A stretch of 64,000 nt of DNA from an uncultured Planctomycetia bacterium (GTDB lineage Bacteria > Omnitrophota > Gorgyraeia > VGKH01 > JBHPFN01). The translations under genes were made by a program, and so were the position numbers. A model generated the notes under the pieces. That model saw only the letters and a list, made by a program, of their open reading frames with translations, was not told the DNA's origin and made no database searches. The stretch's first letter is position 1; every line of letters starts with the position of its first letter. Below, piece after piece: positions 21,001 through 31,355 of this stretch. The stretch is taken from the NCBI GenBank assembly GCA_964406665.1, contig CAYOSQ010000006.1, positions 23,577-87,576 of the forward strand. The letters are read 5' to 3'.

Positions 21001-21485
21001 TATTTTACCTTTATTTTCTTTATCTTTGCAGCCTGTTTTTTTCTATAAGATTCCAACTTCTTGGATATTTTTTTATCTTCTAAAGCTAAGATCTTAAGTG
21101 CAAAGAATGCGGCATTCTTCGCTCCGGCTTTTCCGATAGCCATACAAGCAACGGGAACGCCCGGCGGCATCTGTACAGTGGAGAGAAGTGCATCCAACCC
21201 CTTTAAACTTTTGGACTCCAGAGGAATTCCAATAACCGGTAAATTAGTATGTGCAGCTGCTACACCTGCTAATGCTGCTGACATTCCGGCTGCGGCAATA
21301 ATTACCTTTATTCCCCGAGACTCACAAGAACTTACATATTGAGCAACTGCTTCCGGTGTCCTGTGTGCAGATAAAACTTTTGCCTCAAAACCAATTGAAA
21401 ATTCTTTGAGGATTTTTAAACATTCCGTGACAACTGGTAAATCTGAAATACTTCCCATTAAAATTGCAACTTTTAGCTTTTTCAT
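20997..21485 (-). CDS. purE: N5-carboxyaminoimidazole ribonucleotide mutase
   Basis: 162 aa; PurE signature (VAILMGSISDLPVV ... AAGMSAALAGV). Confidence 0.9.
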   Translation of the reverse strand: MKKLKVAILMGSISDLPVVTECLKILKEFSIGFEAKVLSAHRTPEAVAQYVSSCESRGIKVIIAAAGMSAALAGVAAAHTNLPVIGIPLESKSLKGLDALLSTVQMPPGVPVACMAIGKAGAKNAAFFALKILALEDKKISKKLESYRKKQAAKIKKIKVKY

Positions 21486-21502
21486 TTCTTTTCTCCTTAA
21501 GT

Positions 21503-22777
21503 TTATCTACGCGATAATGCCCTAAATCCAATATCCCTGCGATAATGTCGCTTTGGAAAATCTATTTTTTCCACAGCTTTATATGTATTATCAATCGCAT
21601 CTTTAATGCCGGTTCCCAAACCAGTAACACCTAAAACTCTTCCACCAGAAGTTAATATCTTACCATTCTTCTGCTTAGTCCCGGCGTGAAATACTACAAC
21701 ACCTTCTTGCGTACCTGCATCTTCTAACCCGGAAATTACTTTTCCCTTTTCATAACTACCAGGATAACCTCCAGAAACCATAACCACACAAACGCAAGCC
21801 TTACCTTCCCATTCTAAATTAATTTTATCTAGCTTACCATCGATAGCAGCAAGCATAATATCTACTAAATCTGATTTTAATCGAGGCAGAATTGCCTGCG
21901 TCTCAGGATCGCCAAATCTAACATTAAACTCTAAAACTTTTGGGCCGTCTTTAGTAACCATTATACCAGCGTATAAAACACCCTTAAACTCATTGCCCTC
22001 TTTTTTCATTCCTTCAATAACCGGCGCGATTACCCCTGATGCAATCCGTATAAACAATTCCTGAGAAACAACCGGAGCCGGAGAATAAGCACCCATCCCC
22101 CCGGTATTAGGTCCTTGGTCTTGATCAAATATTCTTTTATGATCCTGTGAAGAATCAAGCATGATAAAGTTGTCTCCGTCACCAATTGCAAGAATTGATG
22201 CCTCTTCACCCTCAAGACATTCTTCTACTACCACGCGTTTTCCCGCTTCTTTAAATGCCCTCTGTTCCATAATCAGATCAATCGCATCTTGGGCTTCTTT
22301 AATTGTCTTACAGATAATAACGCCCTTGCCCGCAGCTAAACCATCAGCCTTAACAACCACAGGTACTTCCACTTCTTGTAGATAGCTTTTCGCCTCTTTG
22401 GCATTATCAAAGGTTTTAAACTTCGCAGTGGGCACATTGTGGCGTGCCATAAACTCTTTAGCAAAATTTTTGCTGCCTTCAAGCTGAGCCGCTGCTCTAC
22501 TCGGTCCGAATATCTTCAAACCCTTTTCTTCAAATGCATCAACAATTCCAGCAACCAAAGCAATTTCCGGACCAACTACAGTCAAATCTATTTTCTTTTT
22601 TATGGCAAAATCCAACAGCCCACCAATATCATCTGCCTTTATATCTACACACTCGGCAAGCTCGGCAACACCACCATTTCCCGGAGCCGCATATATCTTA
22701 TTTACTGATTTAGACTGGGCCAACTTCCAAATCAACACATGCTCTCTGCCACCTGAACCAACAACTAAGATTCTCAT
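21503..22777 (-). CDS. purD: phosphoribosylamine--glycine ligase
   Basis: 424 aa; ATP-grasp PurD (MRILVVGSGGREH...). Confidence 0.9.
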   Translation of the reverse strand: MRILVVGSGGREHVLIWKLAQSKSVNKIYAAPGNGGVAELAECVDIKADDIGGLLDFAIKKKIDLTVVGPEIALVAGIVDAFEEKGLKIFGPSRAAAQLEGSKNFAKEFMARHNVPTAKFKTFDNAKEAKSYLQEVEVPVVVKADGLAAGKGVIICKTIKEAQDAIDLIMEQRAFKEAGKRVVVEECLEGEEASILAIGDGDNFIMLDSSQDHKRIFDQDQGPNTGGMGAYSPAPVVSQELFIRIASGVIAPVIEGMKKEGNEFKGVLYAGIMVTKDGPKVLEFNVRFGDPETQAILPRLKSDLVDIMLAAIDGKLDKINLEWEGKACVCVVMVSGGYPGSYEKGKVISGLEDAGTQEGVVVFHAGTKQKNGKILTSGGRVLGVTGLGTGIKDAIDNTYKAVEKIDFPKRHYRRDIGFRALSRR

Positions 22778-23775
22778 ATAATTTCAGTTTTTTTATTTCC
22801 TTTTACTATTTCACCGATTGTCCAAGATTTTAATCTATTCTTGGCAAGATTTTTGATAATATCTGTTTCGTCTTTCGGCCTAACAATCAAAACCATACCA
22901 ATTCCCACATTAAAGGTACGAAACATCTCTTTCTGAGAAATTCTTCCCTTTTTCTGAATCAATTCGAATATCTTAGGAACCGGCCAGCTTCCGCTGACAA
23001 TACGCAATGATAAACCCTTTGGTAAAACTTTAGGTATTTTTTCATAATATGCCCCACCAGTAACATGAGCAATACCTTTAATGTTAAACTTACTAATCAA
23101 ATTCAAAACTGGTTTCACATAAATACGTGTTGGCTTTAATATTTCTTTGGCATGTTTCTTAATTTCATTCTTTGATAGAGCTTTACGCACCAGAGAAAAT
23201 CCGTTAGAGTGCAACCCGCTTGACTGTATTCCAATAATTTTATCTCCAGGCTTTATTTTTGAACCATCAATAATTTTGCTTTTCTCAATTACGCCTACAG
23301 AAAAACCAGCTAAGTCATATTCTTCCTTTGAATACATTCCCGGCATCTCAGCTGTTTCTCCGCCGATTAATGCACAACCTGACTGCTTGCAGCCATCCGC
23401 AATTCCTTCCACAACATCTGTTAATACTTTAGGATTAAGTTTACCACAGGCGATATAATCCAAGAAAAATAATGGCTTCGCCCCCAAACAAAGCATGTCG
23501 TTGACGTTCATTGCTACGAGATCAATGCCCACGGTTTTATGCATATTTAATTCCTGGGCAATCTTCAACTTTGTTCCTACCCCATCAGTAGAAGATGTCA
23601 AAACAGGATTTCTATATTTGCCTTTTGCTAAAGCGAATAATCCACCAAAACCACCTATAGAGCTTAATGTTCCCTCTCTAGATGTACCTTTAACTAAAGG
23701 TTTTATCTTCTTTATAAAAACATTTGCTTTATCAATATCTACGCCGCTTGATTTATAAGTTAATTTTTTGGTCAT
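22774..23775 (-). CDS. purM: phosphoribosylformylglycinamidine cyclo-ligase
   Basis: PurM N-terminus LTYKSSGVDIDKAN; start placed at the internal Met giving ATGA overlap with the purF stop (ORF-track start 23793). Confidence 0.9.
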   Translation of the reverse strand: MTKKLTYKSSGVDIDKANVFIKKIKPLVKGTSREGTLSSIGGFGGLFALAKGKYRNPVLTSSTDGVGTKLKIAQELNMHKTVGIDLVAMNVNDMLCLGAKPLFFLDYIACGKLNPKVLTDVVEGIADGCKQSGCALIGGETAEMPGMYSKEEYDLAGFSVGVIEKSKIIDGSKIKPGDKIIGIQSSGLHSNGFSLVRKALSKNEIKKHAKEILKPTRIYVKPVLNLISKFNIKGIAHVTGGAYYEKIPKVLPKGLSLRIVSGSWPVPKIFELIQKKGRISQKEMFRTFNVGIGMVLIVRPKDETDIIKNLAKNRLKSWTIGEIVKGNKKTEII

Positions 23776-25196
23776 TGGTCTCCTCCGCTGCACTTTTTCT
23801 CAAGCGCGTACTTGCTTACCGATGAATCAAACTTAACAGGATATTTTCCATTAAAACAAGCAACGCAATAATTATTTTTAGGCCGGGATATTGCTTTTAA
23901 CATTCCCTCTAAGCTTAAATATCCCAAGCTATCAACCTCTAAAAACTTCTCAATTTCCTTCAATTTATATTTCCAGGCGATGAGCTCTTTCTGTGTATGA
24001 AAATCTATCCCGTAAAAACAAGGATACTTATGCGGAGGACAGCTAATACGCATATGTACTTCTTTAGCCCCGGCACTGCGAAACTGACTGACTCTTTTTT
24101 TGGATGTTGTTCCTCTTACTATCGAATCATCAACTATAACAACCCTCTTGCCTCTAATAACATCCTTCATCAGATTAAATTTAACTTTTACACCTAAATC
24201 TCGAATATGTTGATGCGGCTGAATAAATGTTCTTCCCACGTAATGATTTCTTACTATTCCCCACTCAAGTGGAATTCCGGATTCATGTGAAAAACCCAGC
24301 GCAGAAGAAGTACCTGAGTCTGGAACAGGAATAACCAAATCAGCATCAGCCGGATGCTCTTTAGCTAATTGTTTTCCTAATGCCTGACGTACCAGATGCA
24401 CATTCTCGCCAAAGATAACAGAATCAGGACGAGAAAAATAAATATGTTCAAAAATACAAAAAGCATTATTCTTCTTTTTCGGTACAAACCGAGAAGATTT
24501 TATTCCGTGTTTATCAATTACAACTATCTCACCAGGCTCAACTTCTCTAACATATTCTGCTTCGATTAAATCAAAAGCGCATGTTTCAGAAGCAACGCAA
24601 TAAGCATTACCTATCTTGCCTAAACTAAGAGGTCTGAAACCCAAAGGATCACGCACGGCGATTAGTTTATCTTGAGTCATCAAAACAAGAGAATATGCAC
24701 CTTGGACAGACTTTAATGCCTTTGATAATTTTTCTACAACGTCTTTTGATTTAACTTTGGCCATTAAATGAATAATAACTTCACTGTCACATGATGTTTG
24801 GAATATCGAACCTTTTTTCTCTAGCTTTTTTCTTAAGTCAAGACTGTTAACAAGATTACCGTTGTGACCAATAGCTAAAGAACCACCATGATAATCTACG
24901 AAAAGTGGCTGTGCATTTTTAACCAGGCTAGAACCGGTAGTGGAATATCTGGTATGACCTACTGCCATTTCGCCTTTAAGCTTCGATAATGATTCCACAT
25001 TAAAAACATCATTGACCAAACCCATATCTTTATGCATATGAAATTCGCTGCCGTCACTAGAAACAATACCGCAAGCCTCTTCACCTCTATGTTGAAGAGC
25101 ATAAAGACCTAAATAGGTCAATGTGCTTGCCTCTCTGTGACCGAAGATTCCAAACAAGCCGCAATATTCTTTTGGTTTATAAATATTTTTTAGCAT
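23772..25196 (-). CDS. purF: amidophosphoribosyltransferase
   Basis: Ntn-amidotransferase CGLFGIFG nucleophile preceded by an 11-residue propeptide if start is the Met of MLKNIYKPKEY; the ORF-track N-terminal extension to 25280 would overlap purQ by about 100 nt. Confidence 0.9.
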   Translation of the reverse strand: MLKNIYKPKEYCGLFGIFGHREASTLTYLGLYALQHRGEEACGIVSSDGSEFHMHKDMGLVNDVFNVESLSKLKGEMAVGHTRYSTTGSSLVKNAQPLFVDYHGGSLAIGHNGNLVNSLDLRKKLEKKGSIFQTSCDSEVIIHLMAKVKSKDVVEKLSKALKSVQGAYSLVLMTQDKLIAVRDPLGFRPLSLGKIGNAYCVASETCAFDLIEAEYVREVEPGEIVVIDKHGIKSSRFVPKKKNNAFCIFEHIYFSRPDSVIFGENVHLVRQALGKQLAKEHPADADLVIPVPDSGTSSALGFSHESGIPLEWGIVRNHYVGRTFIQPHQHIRDLGVKVKFNLMKDVIRGKRVVIVDDSIVRGTTSKKRVSQFRSAGAKEVHMRISCPPHKYPCFYGIDFHTQKELIAWKYKLKEIEKFLEVDSLGYLSLEGMLKAISRPKNNYCVACFNGKYPVKFDSSVSKYALEKKCSGGDQ

Positions 25197-25977
25197 AATT
25201 AACGCCATTCTTGAAAATCTTAGCTCCGTCTCCCAGCTTAGATTTTTTTGATAAACGAGTCCAATGAGGATGATGCTCAAACAAAAAATGTCTTTCCGGA
25301 TGCGGCATCAAACCTAACACCCTTCCGGTTTTATCACAAATACCTGCTATATCTTCAAGTGAACCATTAGGGTTTCCGGGATAATCAGCTTTTCGACCTT
25401 TGGAATCACAATAGCTAAAAACAATCTGGTTGTTTTTCTTTATACTGCTCAACACCTTGCTATCTCTAACCACAAATTTTCCCTCTGCATGTGCAACCGG
25501 TAAATAAATTACCTCAGATAATCCTTGGGCCCAAATACATTTATTAGTTTTAGGTTTTGAATCTTGAGTCTTAAGATACACCCACCTATCTTCAAACTTA
25601 CAAGAATCATTAAGCATCAATGTTGCTTGCTGCTTAAAATTTTCTGAACCGGGTAAAATACCGGCCTTTACCAAAATCTGAAAACCATTACATATTCCGA
25701 TAATAAGTTTACCCTTTTTTATAAAGCTTCTAACTTCATCCCATAGTTTATATTTTAATTCATTAGCCAAAATTCTTCCTGCAGCAATATCATCCCCATA
25801 AGTAAATCCTCCGGGAACTGCAAGGATTTGATACTTATCAAGTGACCTTTCCTTACTTAAAAGCTGATTAACATGAACAAGCTCGCAAGCTGCTCCTGAA
25901 TATTCAAAAGCAGAAGCGGTTTCCTGATCACAGTTTGTTCCTGCAGTCCTTAGAACAATTACTTTTACTTTAGACAT
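25177..25977 (-). CDS. purQ: phosphoribosylformylglycinamidine synthase glutaminase subunit
   Basis: 266 aa; class-I glutamine amidotransferase with catalytic Cys in GICNGFQ and HPE motif. Confidence 0.85.
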   Translation of the reverse strand: MSKVKVIVLRTAGTNCDQETASAFEYSGAACELVHVNQLLSKERSLDKYQILAVPGGFTYGDDIAAGRILANELKYKLWDEVRSFIKKGKLIIGICNGFQILVKAGILPGSENFKQQATLMLNDSCKFEDRWVYLKTQDSKPKTNKCIWAQGLSEVIYLPVAHAEGKFVVRDSKVLSSIKKNNQIVFSYCDSKGRKADYPGNPNGSLEDIAGICDKTGRVLGLMPHPERHFLFEHHPHWTRLSKKSKLGDGAKIFKNGVNYAKKYL

Positions 25978-25983
25978 ATTTAA

Positions 25984-26637
25984 TTACTTTTTATAAAATT
26001 TCTTTATGATAGATACTACTTCTTTTGGGGTATCAACAACCTGGAGTATATCTAGTTCTCTTTTATCTAAACAGCCCTCTTTAACTACACTCTCCTTCAA
26101 ATAACTTAACAGACCCTTCCAATATTTCTTTCCCACCAAAATAACGGGAAACTTAGGAATTTTAAGTGTCAGTATAAGATTGAGGGATTCGAATAATTCA
26201 TCAAGCGTTCCGTAGCCACCGGGAAATATAACAAAAGCCTTGGCGTACCTAACAAACATAACTTTACGAATAAAAAAGTAATGAAAATTTAAAAGCGTAG
26301 TTACATAAGGATTAGCCTTTTGCTCTAGGGAAATATCGATGTTTAACCCAATAGACTTTCCTTTTGCGTGCCTAGCCCCTCTATTAGCTGCTTCCATAAT
26401 ACCGGGACCTCCGCCGGTAATAACTGCAAACTTGTTTTTTGCCAACAGAAATGCTGTTTCCACAGCATCTTTATAATATTTATTTTTAGGATTTGTCCTT
26501 GCAGAACCGAATATGGAAACCGCTGGACCTGCCTCCGACAAAACTTCAATCGCATCAACAAATTCAGCCATGATTCTAAAAATACGCCATGTCTCATCGC
26601 GAGTAAAATCTCTTTTTAATGCTTTTTTCTTTGCCAT
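25984..26637 (-). CDS. LOG-family (TIGR00730) nucleotide 5'-monophosphate nucleosidase
   Basis: LOG motifs GGGPGIMEA and PGGYGTLDE; start moved to the internal Met (MAKKK) preceded by AAGGAG, avoiding overlap with purL. Confidence 0.75.
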   Translation of the reverse strand: MAKKKALKRDFTRDETWRIFRIMAEFVDAIEVLSEAGPAVSIFGSARTNPKNKYYKDAVETAFLLAKNKFAVITGGGPGIMEAANRGARHAKGKSIGLNIDISLEQKANPYVTTLLNFHYFFIRKVMFVRYAKAFVIFPGGYGTLDELFESLNLILTLKIPKFPVILVGKKYWKGLLSYLKESVVKEGCLDKRELDILQVVDTPKEVVSIIKKFYKK

Positions 26638-26650
26638 ATCATTAATCTCC

Positions 26651-29563
26651 TTACCATTTAAGTGGTTTTTGCCAACATTCTTTAAGATCATTAATATTGG
26701 TATTAATACACGGTTTTCCGTCTAAGCCGTAGACTTTGAAATTATCTGTTCCAGATACACATCCGATTAATCCGAAAGGCAACCCTTTTAATAACTGCTC
26801 AAACTGCTGCTTATTTTCTGAAGACACCTCAACAACAAAGCGAGAATTAGACTCTGAAAACAGAATAAGATCGTCGCCTAAAACTCCTTTTTTATGTTTT
26901 GCTCTATAAGGTATTTCCCTTGCAAATAAATCCATTCCAAACCCACCGCTAAATGCCATCTCAGCGGCAGCTGTGGCAATGCCACCTTCTGAACAATCAT
27001 GACACGAAGAAACCAATCCTGAGTTTGTTGCCTTGCTTAATGCATTCATAATCTTTTTGCCTAATGCGGCATTAACTTCAGGGACATTGTTTCCCAGAAA
27101 TCCTTTTGTATGATAATAGCTACTTCCTCCTAATTCATCAAAAGTTTGACCTACAACATATATCAAATTTCCCGGCTTCTTTATATCCATAGTAATTGCT
27201 TTTGTCACATCTTCCATTATACCTATGGCAGATATTAGAAGTGTTCCCGGTATTGCCATAGATTTTCCGTGTTCGCTATATTCATTGTATAAACTATCCT
27301 TACCAGAAATAAACGGTGTACCATAAGCAAGACCTATCTTATAACAGGCCTGCGAAGCTCTAACCATACTACCTAATCTATCCGGCTTATCCGGATTACC
27401 CCAGCAGAAATTATCTAAGAGTGCAACCTGTTTAAGAGTTCCTCCCACTGCGATTATCTGCCTTAGGGCCTCATCAATACATGATGCAGCCATCCAATAA
27501 GGGTCTATATCTCCAAATCTGAAATTTATACCATTTGAAACAATAATTCCTTTTTTCGAATCCCAGCGTGGACGGGTAACACTTGCATCGGAAGGCCCTT
27601 CATTATTAACTCCCACCAATGGCTTTATCACAGAGCTGCCCTGAACTTCATGGTCATACTGCCTAATTACCCATTCCTTGGAACAAACATCCCAGCTGGA
27701 AAGTATTTTTTTCAAAGAAGAAGTTAAGTCTTTTGTCTTTTTAGAAGATGGCTCTTTAAATCTCTTTGGTTTCCAAACAGCCTTTTTCTTTATCTGAAGT
27801 AAACCGTCGTGTAAAAATTTCATGTCCAAATCGCAAACAGGGTTTCCTTCATAGGATAATTTCAGCCGTTTTGAATTAGTAAATTCACCTATAACAGTTG
27901 CTTCAACATTTTCTTTAGCAAAAATATCTAGAATCTTATCTATATTTTTCTTAGGCACTGCTAAAACCATACGCTCCTGTGCCTCAGAAATCCAAATTTC
28001 ATAATAACTCAATCCTTTATACTTCAAAGGAACTTTCTCTAAATCAACTCTACAGCCGGTATCTTCACCCATTTCACCAACTGCACTTGATAGTCCACCG
28101 GCACCACAATCAGTAATTGCGCTAAACAATCTTTTATCTCTTGCTGCAAGAATAGTATCTACCATCTTCTTCTCTTGTATAGGATTGCCGATTTGTACGG
28201 CAGAAGAAGAAACATCTTCAGATTCATGCGTTAATTCACCGGATGAAAATGTTGCACCGTGAATACCGTCTCTACCTGTTTTGCCACCAACTACAAGTAT
28301 CAGATCTCCTGGAGAAACTTTTTTGAAGGCCTTACCCTTGGGCATTATCCCAACGGTCCCGCAATAAACTAAAGGATTTCCTACGTAGCGTCTGTCAAAC
28401 AGTATCGCCCCATTTACCGTAGGTATGCCCATCTTGTTTCCATAATCCCTAACTCCGGAAACAACACCCTTCATAACTCTTTTAGGATGCAATGTCCCTT
28501 GAGGAAGTTTGCTAAAAGGATAATCCGGCTGGGCAAAACAGAAAACATCAGTATTTAAAATTGGTTTTGCAGAAAGCCCTGTACCTAAAGGATCTCTTAT
28601 AACCCCGCCTATTCCTGTATTAGCCCCGCCGAAAGGCTCCAAGGCTGATGGATGGTTGTGTGTCTCAACTTTAAAACACACATCATAATCTTTATCAAAA
28701 CTAATTATCCCGGCATTATCCTTAAATACCGATATACACCACGGTTTATTTAATTTATTGGTCACCTTCATAACGGTTGATTTAAGCAAATCGTTGATTA
28801 TTTTTTTCTTTCCGTTATAGGTATATTCTATACTGCCTTTAAAAGTTTTATGGGCGCAGTGCTCACTCCAAGTCTGGGCAATGGTTTCTAATTCACAATC
28901 TGTAGGATTTCTGCCTAAGCCTTTAAAATAATCCCTGATATGCTGCATCTCTTTTAAATTAAGAAACAGCTGTCCTTTATTACTAATTTCCATTAACCGT
29001 TTATCATCAGCATTTAACATATCTGCGTGCAAGAGATGAAACGCATAACCATGCGAGCCACTCTCAGATAGTGCTTTAAAAGAGTCTTTAGGATTTTTTA
29101 CTATGTGTTGGATAACTTTGTTGCAGAGAATTTTTTCACAAATAGAGTTTAATTCTTTTTTGCTTAATTTTCCTTTAATCAGATAACGCTTAGCAGTCCT
29201 AACAGCTTCTACAGTATGAATCCCTAAATCTCTGATACCCTTTAGGGTTGATTCTTCTACAGGATCCATTACTCCAGGGTTGTAAGCAACTTCTGCGATT
29301 TGGTATTTTTTCTTTTCTGATTGGTTTTCTTTAAATGTTGAGGAATTGCTGATGTGAAAATTCTGCGTTATATTATCTACAAGAAGTTCGCTGGCAATTT
29401 TTGTCACCTGCTTAAGAGAAATTTTACCACTTATGAAGTACAGCTGTACAAAAGAAATATGACTTACACGATCAATTCCTAAGTCTTCTATATCTTTTTT
29501 GACAGCTTCGCCAACGGCATCAAAGACACCGTGTCTATCTTTGATTTCTATTCGCCAGACCAT
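26651..29563 (-). CDS. purL: phosphoribosylformylglycinamidine synthase, PurS-PurL fusion
   Basis: 970 aa; PurS-like N-terminal about 80 aa followed by PurL AIR-synthase-related domains. Confidence 0.9.
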   Translation of the reverse strand: MVWRIEIKDRHGVFDAVGEAVKKDIEDLGIDRVSHISFVQLYFISGKISLKQVTKIASELLVDNITQNFHISNSSTFKENQSEKKKYQIAEVAYNPGVMDPVEESTLKGIRDLGIHTVEAVRTAKRYLIKGKLSKKELNSICEKILCNKVIQHIVKNPKDSFKALSESGSHGYAFHLLHADMLNADDKRLMEISNKGQLFLNLKEMQHIRDYFKGLGRNPTDCELETIAQTWSEHCAHKTFKGSIEYTYNGKKKIINDLLKSTVMKVTNKLNKPWCISVFKDNAGIISFDKDYDVCFKVETHNHPSALEPFGGANTGIGGVIRDPLGTGLSAKPILNTDVFCFAQPDYPFSKLPQGTLHPKRVMKGVVSGVRDYGNKMGIPTVNGAILFDRRYVGNPLVYCGTVGIMPKGKAFKKVSPGDLILVVGGKTGRDGIHGATFSSGELTHESEDVSSSAVQIGNPIQEKKMVDTILAARDKRLFSAITDCGAGGLSSAVGEMGEDTGCRVDLEKVPLKYKGLSYYEIWISEAQERMVLAVPKKNIDKILDIFAKENVEATVIGEFTNSKRLKLSYEGNPVCDLDMKFLHDGLLQIKKKAVWKPKRFKEPSSKKTKDLTSSLKKILSSWDVCSKEWVIRQYDHEVQGSSVIKPLVGVNNEGPSDASVTRPRWDSKKGIIVSNGINFRFGDIDPYWMAASCIDEALRQIIAVGGTLKQVALLDNFCWGNPDKPDRLGSMVRASQACYKIGLAYGTPFISGKDSLYNEYSEHGKSMAIPGTLLISAIGIMEDVTKAITMDIKKPGNLIYVVGQTFDELGGSSYYHTKGFLGNNVPEVNAALGKKIMNALSKATNSGLVSSCHDCSEGGIATAAAEMAFSGGFGMDLFAREIPYRAKHKKGVLGDDLILFSESNSRFVVEVSSENKQQFEQLLKGLPFGLIGCVSGTDNFKVYGLDGKPCINTNINDLKECWQKPLKW

Positions 29564-29581
29564 GTTTAATTATCTCTTATT

Positions 29582-30451
29582 TTATTGACCGCCTGAAAGA
29601 GCTCCGCGTAGGCTACCTTGAGTTCTAAATAAAGGCATGTTTGCTTCGGTAGCTACATAAACAACGTTAGGATTCTTATTGAGCGTGTTAATCCAAAGAT
29701 AATGTAGATATTGCGATGAGAGGCTCTCGTTGATAATTTTCTGAGCATCTCTTATACCTGCAGCCTCAACGCGTTTTCTTTCTGCTTCTAGCGTTTCACG
29801 AGAAACCACAAACTTCATCTTTTCAGAATCCTGCTCAGCTTTTAATTTCTGTTCAATAGCCGCACTTACCATAGGAGGTAATTTAATACTTCTAAGCAAC
29901 ACCTTCTCAATAACAACTCCCCTATCTTGGACTAAAGATTCCAGATCAGCTTGAAATTTTGCCGCTAGCATTTCTCTTTCTGAAGTATAAAGAGCTTTTG
30001 CCTCATAACCAACTGTTACACCACGGGCAACGGAGCGAAACTGAGGGACAAGAACAACTTTCTGATATCTCAGCCCAACATTTTTATACATCATAACTGC
30101 TTCTTTAGGACCTAAGCGATAAAGAACTGAAACATCTAAGGCAACATTCAACCCCTCCTTAGAAGGAACAGTCATTGTCTCTGTAGCTTCTTGAGTTCTC
30201 ACAGATAGATTAATTACTTTAGCTAGAGGATTAACCAGGTTAATTCCACTGTTCAAATGTTTATCGCTAACCGTACCGAAGAAATCAACTACACCAACAT
30301 GTCCGGCGGGAACTACTCTTACTGCACCAACAAGCACACCTATTATCAAACCGATTGTCGCTGCAATTATGATAGGCTTTATAGAACCTGTCTTTGAAAC
30401 CTGTGAAAAAATGATACCTGCAACAAAACCAAAAATTAAAATGGGCAGCAT
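29582..30451 (-). CDS. SPFH/band-7 (prohibitin-like) membrane protein
   Basis: 289 aa; N-terminal TM helices then SPFH domain and coiled-coil (VVPAGHVGVVDFFG). Confidence 0.75.
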   Translation of the reverse strand: MLPILIFGFVAGIIFSQVSKTGSIKPIIIAATIGLIIGVLVGAVRVVPAGHVGVVDFFGTVSDKHLNSGINLVNPLAKVINLSVRTQEATETMTVPSKEGLNVALDVSVLYRLGPKEAVMMYKNVGLRYQKVVLVPQFRSVARGVTVGYEAKALYTSEREMLAAKFQADLESLVQDRGVVIEKVLLRSIKLPPMVSAAIEQKLKAEQDSEKMKFVVSRETLEAERKRVEAAGIRDAQKIINESLSSQYLHYLWINTLNKNPNVVYVATEANMPLFRTQGSLRGALSGGQ

Positions 30452-30648
30452 GTCCCCTCCTTTTTTTAATATCTTCTATTCTGATTATTTTTAAAAAACC
30501 TGGAAATAAATGAATTAAATGACCCTATTAACGTAAGCTTAAGAAATGGTCCCAGCCTTATGTTTCTTTTTTTAATTACATAAAGCAGACCGGCTATAAA
30601 GCCCACAACAACAAACCACGGAATAATAAAAGGGTGCATTTAAAGAGT

Positions 30649-31353
30649 TTATTTTGTTACTCTAGTCAAAACTTCCTGGTAAGCTTTTTCGATATCTCCT
30701 AGATCCCTACGAAATCTATCTTTATCCATCTTCTTGCCAGTACCTTGCTCCCAAAGTCTGCAAGTATCCGGAGAGATTTCGTCGGCAAGTATAATATCAC
30801 CTTTGAATCTTCCAAACTCCAGCTTAAAATCTACTAAATCCAGATTTCTCTTAAGGAAAAAATCCTTTAAAATATCATTAATCTTAAATGACATAGCATC
30901 TATTTTTGCAAGCTCATCCTCAGTAGCTAGCTTCAAAGCTGCTATATGATATTCGTTAAATAGTGGATCATGTAAATCATCTCTTTTAAAATGATATTCT
31001 AATACTGGCTTTTCCAAACGGATTCCTTCTTCTAAACCTAAAAGCTTAGCCATCCCTCCGGCAACAATATTTCTTATAGTAAGCTCAATTGGAACAATCT
31101 CGACGTTCTTAATAATCATTTCTCTGTCACTTATTGTTTTTACTAAATGGGTTACAATCCCTTTAGACTCCAGCTCTTTAAACAACACTGAAGAGATTTT
31201 GTTATTAACAACACCCTTTTCTGAGATAGTTCCTCTTTTAGTAGCATCGAAAGCTGTGGCATCATCTTTAAAATACTGAATAAGAATATCCGGATCATCA
31301 GTCTTATATAGTATTTTTGCTTTTCCTTCGTAAATCTTCTCGCCTTTTTCCAT
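30649..31353 (-). CDS. purC: phosphoribosylaminoimidazole-succinocarboxamide synthase
   Basis: 234 aa; SAICAR synthetase N-terminus (IYEGKAKILY). Confidence 0.9.
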   Translation of the reverse strand: MEKGEKIYEGKAKILYKTDDPDILIQYFKDDATAFDATKRGTISEKGVVNNKISSVLFKELESKGIVTHLVKTISDREMIIKNVEIVPIELTIRNIVAGGMAKLLGLEEGIRLEKPVLEYHFKRDDLHDPLFNEYHIAALKLATEDELAKIDAMSFKINDILKDFFLKRNLDLVDFKLEFGRFKGDIILADEISPDTCRLWEQGTGKKMDKDRFRRDLGDIEKAYQEVLTRVTK

Positions 31354-31355
31354 AA

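Noticed and set aside
30481-30639. 56-aa minus-strand small membrane ORF between purC and the SPFH gene
   Set aside because: No recognisable Shine-Dalgarno; although a small membrane partner of an SPFH protein would be plausible, the evidence is too weak to call a gene.
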